Below the pieces are notes generated by a model. It searched no databases and was not told the origin of the DNA. It saw only the letters and a program-made list of their open reading frames with translations. Shown here in pieces: positions 24,687 to 25,078 of a stretch of 25,078 nucleotides of DNA (position 1 is its first letter; each line of letters starts with the position of its first letter). The position numbers and the translations under genes are program-made. The DNA lies in the IMG/VR virus record IMGVR_UViG_3300025084_000205, positions 1 to 25,078 of that record; one strand, written 5' to 3'. Origin of the DNA: a virus. Lineage: Duplodnaviria; Caudoviricetes.

Positions 24687-25078
24687 ATGCCTCTCACCGC
24701 TGAACAAGGATTCAAAACCCGCGAAGAATACTCTACTATTAAAGAGAAGGAAGTTTGTGATGCTCACGGTCTGACACAAGTTGGAGGTTCACGCACTAAA
24801 ATTGATGGCACTGATGGTGTCAACAATAAGAGCATCAAGAACATGTCAGGATCTTCTACACAGGTTCACCTCACAACACAGAAACATTTCATCAAGATGT
24901 TGAACATCAGTGGTGATGCTGCTGAGTTCATTGCACATTTCTGTGGTAGTGTAGGTTATAACTACAACGGCAAAGATCGTCGTACTATCAAACAGATTGA
25001 TACAGTACAGGTTGATGCTTTCAAAGAGTTCCTTAATACAAACAAGGCAGAGGTTGTCGATCTTATTATTCGCAATGG
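24687..25078 (+). CDS. 5' part of a PD-(D/E)xK restriction-endonuclease-like protein (HinP1I-like), truncated by the window edge
   Basis: Open to the window end: MPLTAEQG...E.EV...TKIDG.....KSIKN.SGSSTQVH...FIAHFCG....KDRR...F.EFL..NKAEVVDLIIRN. The K-x-D...S-x-K...Q core and the later RR / F..NK pattern resemble HinP1I-family enzymes. Not in the ORF track. Confidence 0.55.
   Translation, partial: MPLTAEQGFKTREEYSTIKEKEVCDAHGLTQVGGSRTKIDGTDGVNNKSIKNMSGSSTQVHLTTQKHFIKMLNISGDAAEFIAHFCGSVGYNYNGKDRRTIKQIDTVQVDAFKEFLNTNKAEVVDLIIRN

Noticed and set aside
958-24715. Remaining short minus-strand and nested alternative-frame ORFs in the track
   Set aside because: They lie inside longer well-supported genes and show no recognisable motifs or translation signals.
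1-25078. CRISPR array, integrase/att site, intron or intein
   Set aside because: No regularly spaced direct repeats, no recombinase gene, and no interrupted ORFs or splice-junction motifs noticed.

Overview
AT-rich, entirely plus-strand segment of a T4-like marine cyanomyophage, probably infecting Synechococcus (inferred from cp12, cpeT, gp5, T4-type late promoters and the tRNA set). From left to right: the 3' end of a probable baseplate-hub gene; the auxiliary metabolic genes cp12 and cpeT; tRNA-Val; a HExxH protein; a lysozyme-less gp5; a sigma70-driven block of small ORFs with two 2OG-Fe(II) oxygenases and tRNAs Leu, Thr and Asn; a roughly 11 kb late tail-fibre/adhesin module with five consecutive genes sharing a 'P-x-GTTAxRP...G-x-(L/M/F)R(Y/F/W)N' docking-like motif; and early small-ORF clusters behind palindrome-plus-hairpin sigma70 promoters, ending in a truncated HinP1I-like nuclease. 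The most unusual element is a tightly coupled late cassette (17215-22341): propeller-like fibre, chaperone-like protein, coiled-coil protein, a U32-family Fe-S hydroxylase fused to a class I methyltransferase, and a 2OG-Fe(II) oxygenase. It is a candidate phage-encoded hydroxylation/methylation system acting on virion proteins or tRNA wobble uridines. All calls are from motif recognition by eye; no searches were run.
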